Made by a program: the position numbers and the translations under genes. A DNA stretch of 64,000 nt from Lama glama (Eukaryota): contig CM052816.1 of NCBI GenBank assembly GCA_028534125.1, positions 59,646,001-59,710,000 of the forward strand, written 5' to 3'. The notes beneath the pieces were generated by a model. It did not search any database. It worked only from the letters and a program-made list of their open reading frames with translations, and was not told where the DNA came from. The stretch's first letter is position 1. Every line of letters starts with the position of its first letter. Positions 39,157-53,453 of the stretch are shown here, one piece after another.

Positions 39157-40953
39157 CTTAGACTGTTACTTTGAAGTTTGAAAGAAATAAAATATCTAAA
39201 GGACATAGCACATTCTTGGCCCTCAATAAAAACTGACTTCCTTGCCTTTCCAACAAATGTTTAATGAAAGAATGAATATTGAAGATAGGCCATTTGCAAT
39301 AAAATCCCTTCATGGAAATAATATTACACATGAAAATTATTAGGTTTTTAGGCTTGTCTATAAATTCTAGTTAACACATAATATTGCTCTGTGGTTCTCA
39401 ATCTGGGGTCCATACATTGCCAAGTATATGCAATAGCATATAGGACTTAATGAAGCCCAGAGTAAATGTGGGTCCTATTTTGGAAGTGGCTATTTTTATG
39501 CATGTAAATCATCTAAGAGATTTTCAAATTTAAATAAAGATAGTAAGGAGTAGAATGCAAGATGCTCATAAACTTTTAAGGTAAGTCATAAATCTTCAAA
39601 AAAATTTCAGAGAGAGAGAGGGATTTAGAGAACTGAGGGGGTTACACAGTTTCTGCCCTTTGATGGACTTTGTATGGAAAAATCTAATCTCTCATCCAGT
39701 TTCAGGGCAGTATGTTCACAATGGAACTTCAGAACCAATCTTCTAAGTTCAATACTACTGCTGTGAGACAATATTGCTTTGGACATTAGTTACACAGAGA
39801 TGAATCTACACTACTCCCAGCCCTACCCTACTCCCCCTTCACGGCTGTAACACACCTTTACTTAAACTTGTCTCCAACAGTGGAGAAGAAAACCAAATTG
39901 AGAATCCCAAGCAGGAGGAAATGGGAGTTCATTCTTCTTGACTGAGGATCCTAGGCAGGAGGAAAGGAACTGAGGTAGAGGTTTTAAAAGATTTGGAGGA
40001 GGTTCAAGTCTTACGCAAGTAAGCAAGGAAAGTAAAATCTTGGGAAAAGGGGAAGATCAACGGGGAAGATCAAGATACTTAGCAGGTCTTTAACAAATGG
40101 CAGTGATGGCTAAGACCTTTAGCTGTAGGAAGCCATCCATGGATAAAGGATCCGCAGCTTCAAAGGACAGTATGTTGACTCCCTGCCATTACTGGCCATG
40201 GGGCAATAAGGGAAAAACAAATGGGAGGGAAAACCATCCCAGGAAGGACGGAATAGCTGAACTGCTTGACAAGAGAAGGTTCCGGAGACACTGGAAGTAC
40301 GTGAAATGAGTCCCTAGTCAGAGAAGACATTCAGTGCAGTCGTTTGTAAAGAAGGGATGCCCATATGTCAGGCAGACATTCCAAAGCTGATGACTCCCTG
40401 TGTCCGTGCAAGGAGATTACCTGTGACAAGACAGTAGTACGTACTGTGTGTGAATAAATAGTAGTGAGCAAAGGTCGTGAACTGCAGACCAGGAAGGCAC
40501 ATCTGGCTCTCAGATACTTCTTGTCTGGCCTGCCCAGTGCTTTAAAAACAACAGGGGATACCACATTCATACTGAGGTTTCTGGATTTTATTGAAGAAAA
40601 CATCCCAAGATCAGGTGAGGCATATCCATGTCCTGTTGCAAAGCAACAGTCAGCTAGAGAATGGACCCCCCCCCCCCAGTTCTCCACTGTCCTCATCATT
40701 CCCTATTGTCTCACACTCAGCTCTCTTCCCTCATGGATGTGGATGGACACATCCTGGATGCATGTGGGTTTGTAATTCCTGCCAAAGTCTAAGTATTTCA
40801 GGAAGCTCCATAGCATTCATCTGTTTATTAGAATAACAGTTAGGGAATCCTCCTACTTGGCAGTTTTTCAGCCACCTGTCCTAACTTAGCCATTGTTAAA
40901 TTAAAAGAGGTGGTATATACAAAAAAACACTTAGTCTGACAGAGTAGATACTT

Positions 40954-40974
40954 GATGATGATGATGATGATGAT
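40954..40974. repeat. (GAT)7 microsatellite
   Basis: Directly visible. Confidence 0.95.
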
Positions 40975-43900
40975 AATTACTACTTCAAGGAAATAAAAGT
41001 CAACATTGACAAATTTTTCATTTTTTCATTCAGATTTTTCACTAACTCAGTCTGGCCAATTCTCACCCTCTAGTAATACTAATTCTTTTCTCCCTCAGAA
41101 TCTGTTTTACTCAAAATGAATCAAGTCTGCACTTCCCAATGAGTCCTTATGAGCCTGGCTGTACAGACTGAATTCCACAAAGTACAATGTTGGTATCATG
41201 TTACTTATTAACTGGTGCTTTAATGATTTGCTAATGGAAGAGAGAACTTGACAGACAACCTGAATGGAGAATAAGGCTTAAACACCTAGTAAACCATTTT
41301 AAATGGAGCAAGACACCTCTAGGATGGACTTCAAAAGAAGAGGTTTCTTTGTCCTGCATTAAAGGAAGAAGTGAAAACAAACTACACAAATATGGAATGT
41401 AATCAGAATTGCTTCGAGCCAGCATGGCCTTTAACGATGGGGTAGTTGCCAAAGATTTCTTGTGGAGCTGAAAGAGCTCTGGCAGTTGACCCAATCCTTT
41501 TCCTCAGCTGAAGAAAGCGCCAAGCTGAAAACAGGGCATGTCACTGGAGCAAGGGTACTGACCCGTACTGGCTGGTGGCCAAGTTAGGCTGGGGTCAGGT
41601 TCACTCTCACAGCCCAGGGTTTCCTCCCCTCCGCAGAGAGCTGCCCATGGAATCAGATGCTTAAATCTGTCAGACACGGTGATGGATGGATGTCCTGGGT
41701 GCTCCTCCTACCTCAGCACTAGTCAGGCTTTTATTAGAGCCCTCTCTTCAGTGTTGCTCTGTACCTGACCTATAACTCTGGAAGAGTACAGAGAACTATG
41801 AAAGTTATTAAAGTATAGAGAAAGGGAAGACAAGCGGGAGAATTTGGATTGTATTTCTGGAGGAGGAGCAGAAAACTCAACATAACTGTCTCTACAAATG
41901 AGGATAAAGATGTCAGTAAGTAAGTGATGAAATCAAAGAATCAGGTCTTTAAAAAGGAAAAGAAGCTTACAAAATGTTGTACATTCAGCTCTTTCATTTG
42001 ACTTATAATGAAATGGAGGTTCAGAAAAGTCAGTCACTGACTTACCTAAAAGTCCTGACAAGAAATGGGGCAAGACCGCAGGACTCCTAACCTCTCACCT
42101 CCTGATTTCCCCTCGATGAGCTACTGCAAACAATTTGCCAGAAAAAAATAACACAGGCCTGAGAAGATTAAGAAAACTGTCCAAGGCAAATCAGCATAAG
42201 ACACACTTCTACATACTTGTCAGTTTCATCATTAAATCATTCTTGTGCTCTGAAGTTCTGGTAAAGCCTGGACTTTTCCAGACATTTAAAGCCAGAAGCT
42301 ACCAATCATTCTCGAGCAAGATTTCTCTGGCTAGTTGGACTTTTAACAAAGATGCTCAAGGTCTCTCTTTAATAGACTTTGCTCAAAACCTACAAAACAA
42401 AATAAAACAAAAGTGCCATTTTCTACTTTGCAAAGATCGGGTTTATTCTGATGGGATCCTATTTTTCCTTCTCTTTCCTTTTTTTTTTTTTTTTTTTTTT
42501 GGCTAGTGCGAATTCAAGCTTTCCATATGCTGAGTTCTACTCCGTGGTGGCAAGGAAACGATAACATTTGACTTGACTTTTGTTCCTGCTCCCTGTAACT
42601 TGAGTGGACAGTCCCAAGTTACCTTCATTTCCATAGTGCCTTCCGCTGCTGCACAAGCCACTCCTCCTACCAAACAGTTCTCTAGCTCACACCTGGGACT
42701 TTCAGATGCAGAAGCCCAGGACAAAGGCAGGGGCTTCCACATTAGGTAATTAGAACATCCTTTCAGCACCTTAGTGTGAGGGCCCCTGGCATAGAATTAC
42801 AGACCAGATATGCATCAGGATATCGCAAAGCTGTCTTCTTTCTTTCTCTCTTTTCATTTCTCTCCCCGTTCTTCCACAAGCTTCCTCAATAGTGAACATG
42901 ATCTGAATGTTCTCAGTATGCTATTAAGCTCCCAACCAGATGCAAATAACTCTTCCATTTTCTTCCTAGAAACATGGCCAGTATTAAGCCAGGGCCCCAG
43001 GTTTGTAATTCTGAGTTAACCTCTCAATAGAGGGTGGAGACCCTATTGTTTCAGCTAGCCTGGGCCCCCAAAGGGTAGGTGAGCGCATGTACAATTTCCA
43101 TCTCAGGCTTGCAGTAAGTCTGCTTACCTCATCACCAAGCCCAAGCCTTTCAGGTGAAGGGTACCTGGATTCTTCCTCAAGTTCATTTCCACATTGCTTT
43201 AACAGTTCAGCAACTTGTTGGTTTTCTATTGCTTATTTATAATTATTATTATTATCTTCTTGTCAAGGTTGGAGGTGACTTTACAAAAACTATGGGCAAT
43301 CTACATTAATTAAATACTTTCAAGATTAAAATGAACCTACCTCAAAACTGATCACTGGTGGCCAAGATGACTTTCGACAACTCTAGGCAAACCCTTAAAG
43401 TTCTTAAGGGGGTACTAAGTGAAAAAGCCTGCTGGTTATATAAAATGATTTAACTAAAAATAATGGGTCAGCAAAAAGTGATTCAGTCACTATCAAGTAC
43501 TCTCTCCCATGCCCATTCCATTTGATCAATGTCTAGTGCATTTCCACATTTCTTGGGATAAGAGTCATGGCACCAGTGAGTGCTTTACTGTTACTATTAT
43601 GGCTTAGTTATGTCAACTGGAGCATTTTTACTTTCTTCTTAATTTTAACAATACAAGGTTTGAGGTGGAAGAAATTATAATTTCTCTCCAACCAAATGCT
43701 AAAAAGCAATGAACCAAATTTTGCTTTCATAATTTTAGAGGCAGGGAATGCACCACTTCATAGGAGCTCAAAATACAAGAGATTTCACCTTCTATATTTC
43801 ATTCCTATTATTCCAGAAATGCAATAATGTTACAGTGAAGGTTATAGATTGTCTGCTATGGATTATATAGTCTGCTCTGAATATTGAATATCCTGAAAAG

Positions 43901-46900
43901 AATATGTTTTAGTAGGGGGGATACAATGGTAATTTCTTATTATAATATAGATATGCTTCGTATTTTCACTTTTTTTTTTTACACTGGAATGCATCTTAGT
44001 GATATGTGCATTTAATGTAGAACTTCTTACCCTGAAAAGTTATTTAATTGGTGATATGTTCTACATTTGATGGCATTTTGCAAATTAAGACATGTGGAGA
44101 TTATAATACCTTGTATCATTGTATCATACAGCTTGTAAAGCACTTCTACTTCTGCTCATTTGTATGTAACATATACGTTTTATATATGTGTATCCAAATA
44201 TGTACCCAAATTCTACAGAAAAATATATGTTTGACATCTTGCCTTCCAACACCCACTCAAACAATCTGAATTCTTTAGCTAGTAAAAGGGATCATGCCAA
44301 AGTAAACTCTAGACAGATTTTAGAAAAGGACAAAGAAGCAGGAAGTTAAGCCTCTATTAAGAATTGCATCTGGACGTAGGACAAGTTCTTCTCTCAATTC
44401 CTTGACCAAGTCATTTAACTCAAGTGGAGTTGAGCTCTCATCTGTAAAACCAATACAATAAAGTAACTCTCCAAAGACTACAAGGACCTTCTTGTAATTT
44501 CTTTAAGTTCAAGCTCAATGACAAAAAGACAATACTCAAAAATTTTGACTATTAGCATTCTTTTGTTTACACCAAATTTTTGTGTTTGGCCCAATACTGA
44601 TGGTTGAAGTTTCTTCTCAGTTGTCTACTAACACCGTTTCTATTATCCAACTTCAGAGTGTGCTACATCCTGATCTCTAATGCCAGATATTATGAAAAAG
44701 GGATTGTCGGAAGAGCAGGAAGAACAGTAGTTCTCTTAGAACTCCCTCAGTGTTGATAAGAATAATGGTGGCTAAAGGCAGTTCCAAAAGCAATTTGAAA
44801 TAACTTAAAGAGATGATGTATGGCAAACCCAGTATTTCTCTCAGAAATCATACTACAAGAGTATTTTATAGACCAGAACTAGACTTGTCAATATTTGACA
44901 TTGTGATTCTGGGACATCAGGAAAAGAGAGATGGGGTCTTTCGTATGCTATCAATTCTTTACAATTCTGTGTTCGTCTCTCTATCTAAGTCATGATTTCT
45001 ACTCTAATTAATCTCAGTCAAGCAGAGATTATTGCCATGAGTATCATGGCATGGCTTAATACCTACTGACATTGCCATTCCTTATAAAAAATGGGGAGTG
45101 TTGAGTATCTATATGACTATTTCTCTAGCTACTTACATTTCCTATTCTATGGCACTACTCACATCTCTGTCTTTCCCTTGAGTAATCCCAATGTCCCACT
45201 CAAATAAAAAATGACAAAAGCCCACATGGTATGTACATGCTCCCAGTTAAATATTCAGCATCCAAATGAAGATTTGGAGAGAAGTATGAAGATCCTATGC
45301 TGTATAGGTATTCATAAATCATGCTTCTGATGAATGTTTGGTCTAGGTTTTTGATATCCCACTGGTTAATAGATTTTTAAAATTTTATCCAATATGAGGA
45401 CTTGTAAGCAGTAGCATATATAAAACATGCCAGGTCACCATTAACAGAATATTCCTAAGGCTGGCAATCATCTTGTCAGTAAATCTACTGTGCCCCCACG
45501 GGTAGCAGTTTCCAGAGAAGGCAGCTGAGTTTCCTCTGCCTTGTGGTCAATATTGTGCTGTGACAGGAACAGCAGAAGTGGTGTTAATTCCGTTGATGAG
45601 AAGTTGGCTCAGAAGCCAGGAATTCACATCACAGATTTATCAAAATCAAAACTGCAATGCAAAATATTACCTTCCAACCATTCCATGTCCCCAGTAAATC
45701 TTTGTGAGTCTGTTCATACACTAGGCTGAAAAAATACATATATATTTTCCCTCCTAAGCCCAGTTATGCTAATAAGGGATCCATTGTTCTGGAAATGGAT
45801 TCTTTCTTTCTCAAGAATCCCACCAGCTCAAAGCAGAGCAGCAATGATACAGAGAAATATTCTGTGCTGCAGAGATGTTATGCCCAGAAGAACCAGCCTG
45901 AAATGCCCTGCCTTCAGAAGATCTTGCGATTTCATAACCCGTCAAAAGAACTACCAGTGACTCTTCTCCTGCCACACCCTATGCCCCTAAGTCTCCTGGA
46001 TCCGATGGCCGTTTTCCCTGGTCACCTCTGATGACAGAGAGTGGAGGGACGTGAACATCTTAGCAAAGTACTTCAGGCCCTGCCTTTAAAAGCATCTGAC
46101 TTTCATTTTTCCTTTGGCATTTTCCACACATATCCTTTTACAAACTTGATTCATTTTTTAGCTCTGAAAAAAAAATATTCTCTGGCTGAAGTGAGCAATC
46201 AGGAATGTGGGAATTCATACATTGCGTGCATGTGTGGTTAGTGGTGTGTGTGCCATTTGCACACATCACTGAGTGAGGAAGTTAAATCATTTTTGGATAC
46301 AGTTTGTGGCAAGAGTCACCAGTGTGCCAACGCCAGGTCTTTGAAGTAACATTCTGTACAACCTGTTATGGAAGCATTTCTTGCCAGCTTCGAGGAGAGG
46401 AAGTACCCATTGAAAGAGGAATATTTTCCTCCTCTTGCCATTCAAACCACACAGCGACATTCTTTCAACTCATCTGAAAAAAAAGGAACTTCTAAATATT
46501 TCTTTATTTTTCTTCCATCTGGTGAGGACATTATGACTTATGATATGAATATTTTCTCTTAAATTCTCCTGTGCCTTGCATTGCTTCTAAAGGAGGATTT
46601 AATAAACAGATGTGTAAATGAGAGGGTTAGTGTGGGCAGACAGAGTCAAGCAAAGAACCCACTTCAAGGGGTGAGTGATTGGCTTAGGAGTAAATGCTTG
46701 GAAGGGTTAAGTCAGCCCTCTTGCTTGGAGGACTAAGTCCCCAGTCCAAGCAGACTCTCTAGGAACCCTAGCAAACCACCTCCTCCCTTGACACTTTCTA
46801 GATAAAATGAAGAGAATGACCACTGTGGCATCAACCCCTTCCACAGGGTTGTCCTGACGCTTTAGCTCATTAAGCCAGGAAGAGTATTCTGGGAGCACAC

Positions 46901-48544
46901 CCCTCTCTGTGACAGCCTTGGCCCACAGCCGAGCCTTTCCTCTGTTTCCCAAGGTTCAGGGATTTGTGGACAGCTTTTTAACTCTTCATTCTACTGGGTT
47001 CATAACGTGCTGAGAAGTAAAAATTTACATGGTAAGGTAATTCTTGAAAAGAGTTATCAACTCCAGCTGTGCACATCAGGGACATCAGATTTTCACCACG
47101 GATAGAGTTTTTCCAACCAACAACCCACTGAAGGAAACACCAGCCTTGTCACAGGGAGAGGAGTTTCATAAGCTCCCCAATTCCTGCATTTGCACAATGG
47201 CCTTCTGCCTCCCCTCTGGTTCAGCTTGAGCGACAGAGGGACAGTTTGCTTAATGGAGGTTGAAAATTGCAATGCTGAGTGAGGGCTCAGGAGCTATTCC
47301 TCAGACCCTCCCTGGGCACACATCTCTTTCTCTCTCTAGCCTCACCCTCCCAGAGACAGAGGGAAAGCTCCTGTCATCTGAGCCAAAAGCAGGCTTGGAT
47401 GGCCAATGGCAGCCTGGCTTGGCCCCTTCCTTCCAGCCTGGGAAGCCGAGTCCAAAGGGTGCTGACCCTGTGCTCCCAGGAAGAGTATAAAATCAGATCG
47501 GGGTGAGCTAGGTGGTTGTTGGCTGAAACAAGGAGATTTACAGTGTCACTGGCTTCCTCGTCAGGTCAAAAAGGTGCTGCTGGAGAAACTTCACCCAGGT
47601 ACCACCTGGGTAGCTGGCCGTATCTTGAGCAAAGAGGAAGTGTTTTCTCTAAGCATCACATGTAACAATGCTATCAAATGACTCCCAAGGGGCACCTGCC
47701 CTTCACCTCCTTCTTTTAACATTCATTACCATAATAGAATCTGTTTTGTTTTTAACCCACCAACCCTGTAACCCCACCCTACCCAGCCATCCCCTGGGAT
47801 TCAGAGAGACAAGCAATCAGCTGTGAGACAGGGGCTCAGCCTGGGGTCCACTTGGACCCTTTGTTTCCTTTGCCACTCTTGTCAGTGTAAGGAGAGCTCA
47901 CTGCACCTGGATGCAATTTCCGTTAGAGGCACCTGCTGACAAGGCATGGGTTCCTATTTGCAAACCTCGCTTCCACATCCCTGACAAAGACCAGTGGACC
48001 CCTCCACCATGAATCAGGAATGGGAGGCCTTAACAAAACAAAGTGAACGATCTGCAATAGCCCTAAATAAGCGTGGTGTTTCTAGGATCCAGGAGCTACC
48101 TCTTTCTGCCCCTTATTCACACTGCCAAATCACTGCGGACATGATAAGGTTGTCCTTACAGAAAAAAACCCAATCCCTTGGCAGCGTTAGGTCTCCTTGA
48201 GTTCCTACTCAGGGACCTAAGATGCTTTTTGCTTTGGGACTTCTGCTGACAAGAAGAGGGGGACAGGTAGGCAGACAGGCCCCTTGTATGCAGGTCTCAC
48301 CAGTAGGAGGAATGTCAGCTCCCCAGTAAGAAACCACAGGCAAGGACAGAGGGGAGCAGAGGAAACAGACAGAGCTTGAACTAACGGTAGTGCTCCTCTA
48401 GCAAAGTTCACCAGCTGAGTCTTGTGAAGGAAGTAGAGGTTCAAGAAGCTTCAGAGCCAAGGGGGGAGCCTCTCTGGGATGCCAGGAGAGTTGATTCTGC
48501 TTAAGGGGGTGGGTTTTCTGGAAGAGTGGGAAGGAAATTGTATT

Positions 48545-48740
48545 GACTGCTTAGGAGAGAATGTGCTGGACACTCTGCACTGGTCACTGCGTTTAGTCCT
48601 CCTCACAACTCTGAGAAGTTGGCATTGCCAGTCTCGTTTTACAGACAGGAAAATGGAAGTTCAGAGAGGTTAAGCCAATTGACCAAGACTAGGCTGGTAA
48701 CAGTAGTAGTAGTGATGAGATATAGACCTTGGACTCAGGT
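48545..48740 (-). mobile_element. MIR
   Basis: TTTAGTCCTCCTCACAACTCTGAGAAG...TTTACAGACAGGAAAATGGAAGTTCAGAGAGGTTAAG. Confidence 0.8.
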
Positions 48741-49530
48741 TCCAAAGAAAATGAAGAGTCCACTTTAGCTATGAAATCCTTCTAAGGGCAGAAGAGGGAA
48801 TTTCAACCCTGGTGGTGGTGGCAGTTAGGGGTGAGGATGGGATTTGCAGCCTCTGGTGCTAATTTTTAAGGTCTCATGTTTTACTTTAAAACAAAATGAC
48901 AATGTTCCAATTAATCCCAGACTATATTCACTTTAAAAATACAATTTCTCTTTCAAGCCTTTAAGTATATTTACCTACCCAAAAGTGAAGGCATGTTTAG
49001 ACTATGGCTGGCTGGCTGCTGGGTACAAACAACTGTTCAGAATGAATGTGCTTTGGAGGTGCAGGTACCCCATCTGAGAGGTGCCAGCCTACCTAGTGTT
49101 GTTCCCTTCCTGGAGGTCACAGGCACAGATGATTCTGTATTGGGTGTGTTATCAACGGGATTGGTGCATTCAATAAAAGGCTGGCCTAGAGGATGCTAAG
49201 TAACCGATAATTTTCTATGGGGTTAAAACACTGTAATAATTAAGGGTAAAGCTATAGAGTCAGACAGGCCTAGAGTGTGAATCTGGACCCCAACAACTTT
49301 CAGCTGTGTGATTTGAGGGACCCACTACTCAATTTTCCTAATCTGCAAAGAGTTGTCCATATGTTAAGCTATGGAGAGGAGAGAAATAGAAAAGGTTTCA
49401 GAGCTCATGATCAGTTTTAGGTGGAAGATCCTGTGAACCTCAGTCTTCAATCTACTGTCTTAGTGATTTACAAACTGCTGTCACTGAGGTACACATTAGC
49501 TGAGAGAAAACCACAACACTTGACGGCTGC

Positions 49531-49692
49531 TTTTTTTCCTTTTAAAACATTTTTATACATTCTTTTTCATTACAAGTTATTACAAGATATTGAATATACT
49601 TCCCTGTGCTTCTGTGTAGGACCTTGTTGATTATCTATTTTATACAGAGAAGTTTACATCTGCCAATCCCAAACTCCTAATTTATCCCTCCC
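49531..49692 (-). mobile_element. Short L1 3' UTR fragment related to the L1 at 1452-2398
   Basis: Its reverse complement (GGGATAAATTAGGAGTTTGGGA...AGCACAGGGAAGTATATTCAATATCTTGTAATAAC) aligns by eye with ~2172-2286. Confidence 0.85.
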
Positions 49693-51559
49693 TTAGCTGT
49701 TTGTTTTTCAAGCAAATTTCTTAGTGTATTTTTATGGCCAGAGGGAGAAAAAGTGTTCTAGTGAAGTCAGATATTTAAATGAATGACTAAATGTGTTTTG
49801 TAGAGAAAAATAAACCAATAAATGATTTTTAAAAAGTTAATGAGACCTACCTCATAAGGGGCGTGGTAAGGATTAAATTGGATCGTGTACAGAAAGCACG
49901 TAGCTCAGAGATGGGTGCACATCAAAAGTTCATAAATGATGGTCATTGTTATCATTACTGAGGGGGCTCTGGAACCTGTGGAAATGGGTCCCCCGGCAAT
50001 ACCCTTATCTCTCCCTCCCCTGTGCTCCCCGCCCCTCCTGCTCTGTCTCAGGAATAGAAGGCGATTGGAGCTCTGCCTGGTAAAGATGCTGGGCTCATGC
50101 TGAGCCACTTCCTGTGCAGCAAACATGAACTTTTGGGCTCCATATTTCCTGTCTGTGGTTTCGCACACCCTGGGAGGAATAGTCATCCCCATCTTCCGCC
50201 CTCTCTCTGTTCCTTAGGTGCCCGGTGATGGGTATGTGGTTCTGGCTGCAGCAAATGTGTTCACCAGGGGTTTTCTCCGTAGTCCTACACAGCAGCACAT
50301 GAACAGTCTGACCTTCATATGTTTGTTGCAGTAGTAAGAACAAGTGATAAAATATGGTAAGGGAATCTCAATGGTACACAGAGAACGAGAAAAGCCAATA
50401 AGGAAAGTATATACTCTTTTTTCTTTTTAACTGAGTCAGACACTGGAACCACATTTCTAGGCTAACTAGTCATTTTCAATGCATAGAAACTGAGAGTCAG
50501 GAAGAGCCTGTCTTCTGGCATTAGCAGAGCCAAAATCCATCTGTTGTATTGGGTGCTGCTCGCACAGCTGTGTCGTGTCACCAGCCACGACGACAAGAAG
50601 GCTTCCTGCCCTGGGCTGCACTGGGACCCTCCCCAAGTGGTTTTCATGCCTTCTTGTCTTCATCATCAATTGCTGTGATTCTTACCAAAAACACTACTGT
50701 GCTCTCCGTTTGAAAGTACACTTCAATAGGGAAAATTTGCAAAAAGTCAGATCCCTGCCGGAAATGAATTTACAGTATAAAGATGACAGCCAGAGGTGGG
50801 CAACTCTGAATCCCACAAACAGCATTACAAGGACTTCCTGGAGCTGTTCACAGGTTAAGCAGACCCTTGGTGGGAAAAGAGGTGAGCTGGTGAGTTCCTG
50901 TCGCATCATCTATTGTTTCTGCTGACCAGTTTAATTCCCACAACTACCACTTCTGTGTGGTGCAAGGGGTCAAAGATGACCTTCTGATGGAAGTTCATAA
51001 AGAGAGTAATTGTAGGAGACACAAAAATACTAGTGAGTGGAGTTCCTTATCTACAATAATGGAATATTTCCTCTTGGTGGAAATCAGCTTGTTCTGCCAA
51101 GTGAACCTGCGGAGTGACTGGGAGTTTTTACACGTTATATAAGCGAGTTTATTTTGGGAGCTCCGGGTATGGTGTGTGGCTGCCTTTAACCACATCTGCT
51201 CTATTTCCATAATGGCCACTTCGTTCCTGGGCTGCGTGGAGCACGGCCTACATTGTTGCTGGGTGAGCAGCCTCTAGTAAGCGGTGAGGCTCCAAAATGA
51301 GCCAGATGCTCCGATGAAGCTGTTGAACTCTGTCTGGAAATAAACTATTGATTTGGAAATCCAAAGATGCTACCTAACTCATCTATTGTGCTTGGATCCC
51401 CATTCACAAATGTATCTGAAGGACCCTTACTTTTTTCTGGGTGAAAGTCTCTATATTTTCCTTTTTTTTTTTTTTTTCAGTTAAAATACATACCAATCAG
51501 CCTTTCTTCAATGAATTCATAATGCATCCCACATAACTAACAAATAAACCAACCAAGCT

Positions 51560-52310
51560 CTCTTACTGGATTCTCCAAGTCATTTCTTCCCCATCTTTCT
51601 CATCCCCTTTCACAGCCAAAGTGCTGGAGAAAGGTATCCCATTTCATTAGTTCCATTGTCTCAACTTCAATTTACTCTCCAGTCCACTCCAATATGAATT
51701 TCGTCTATATATATATATTTTTTTCATCTTTTTGCTCTGGTTACCAGTAACTTCATATTTCCAGAGCCAAGGAATATTTTTCGCTCCTTATCTTATCTGG
51801 CCTTTCAGCAGCTTCCGAACTTTGGACAACATATTCCTTTACACATTTTTTTTACTTGGGCTTCTGGAACCTAAAACTCTCATGGCTCTTCTCCTACCTC
51901 TTGGCATATTTCTTCTCTGTCTCCTTTGCAGGCTTATTCTCCACTAACCTGATATTAAATGTTGAAATTTCTCTAGTTTGGGTACTAGGCTTTCCTCTAT
52001 CCTTCAACATTTCCTGCTTCTCAGATAATCATCTAAGCTAGTAACTTCAGTTACCCATTTGCAAACGAAGCACAAATTTGTATCTCCAGGCTGGAGACTT
52101 CAGCTCATGTATCCACCTGCCCACTTGAAATCCTCTTGTGAATTCCTAGAGACATTTCAAGTTCAGTATGAATAAACCTAGTCTTATGAACTCCACCGCC
52201 AACACTCCTGATTAAAGCTAGACTTCTTTCAGAGTTCCAGAATGACACCACCACCCATTCAGTTATGCAGGCAATAACTCAGGAAGCAACCCAGATATAT
52301 CACTCTCACC
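51560..52310 (+). mobile_element. L2 internal (reverse transcriptase region) relic
   Basis: CCACTCCAATATGAATTTCGT (PLQYEFR, cf. PLQSGFR) and CTTATCTTATCTGGCCTTTCAGCAGCT (LILSGLSAA, cf. LILLDLSAAF) are decayed L2 RT motifs; pyrimidine-rich strand. Confidence 0.75.
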
Positions 52311-53453
52311 AAGTCCCGTTGCCTTCAGACCCAGGGTTATGTCTACCTCTGTGCAGAGAAGCTTTCTAGAGTTACATGAAATGGCCTTTGGAATTTAGAA
52401 CACCTCACAAAAAAGGCTGTCAGTTATTAAATGTGCCAATTGTGCCTGAGAAGTGCCAGGTAATTTAGATTCTACTGATATCCTCCAGAATATACACCCC
52501 AGTTTCAAAAGCATGCATATGTCAGAGTTTCAAGGAAGGACCAAGTTTGTCAGTCCAAAGAAAGACTAGAGATGGGCAGGAGGGACACACTGTTGGCTGG
52601 CTTGAATTAGTGCTGCTTCTCTTTCAGGTACAAAGAGAAGAAATCAGGATCACGTTCTGAAAAGAGCGGAAGCAGACTGGAAGGACAGTTCCTTTATTTG
52701 TCCTCATTTCCTACTTCATTCCTTAGTGACATTTACTCTTTTATTGTGATTAAAAAATAAGTATTCATTGTAACAACTCTTTTGAAAACATAGAAAAATG
52801 ACGACAAGAATATCAATCAGCTTGAATCTATCACTCAAATGAAACCACTGTTAACATTTTGATTTCCATTTTAAGTATTTCTCTACACTTACAATTATAT
52901 ATAGCTAATATGTATTTATACAATTTCATTGAAAGTAGGTCCAAACTGTATATAATGCTGGAGAAGGAGTCCCAATTTCAAGGATAAAATATGCTAACTT
53001 TTAGAACTTGTTTATTTTCTTAGAGATTCACCCAAGGTCTAGATTTCAATGGCAATTTAAGCATACTGGACTACTTATCACTACTTGTCACCTTTTGATA
53101 CTTCCTTTTCTGCTTATTACCACTTTTCTGCCTTCCTAGGTCACTGGGTTCCAATCAAGAACCACACTCAACTCCACAGCATTGGTAAGAATAACAAAGC
53201 TCTACCCAGACGAGGTTATGGTCAGAGATGAATATTCACAAGAGGGCTGAAGGTATACTTGAGATACAACAGCCATATACTAACAATAAAACTGATTTTC
53301 TTAATTCATTTATTGTGTCCCCTCACCCATTTAATTGTTTTCATTTTTGGAGAAGCTAGAAGATGAGATTACAGCAGAAGGAATGGCAGAGGTGGAAGGT
53401 GGTATGGGTATGGAGGTGTTAGATGAACATGACACAAGGGAAATGATCTCTAC

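Noticed and set aside
40049..40073. GGGGAAGATCAA repeated twice
   Set aside because: Trivial microduplication with only two copies; not an array.
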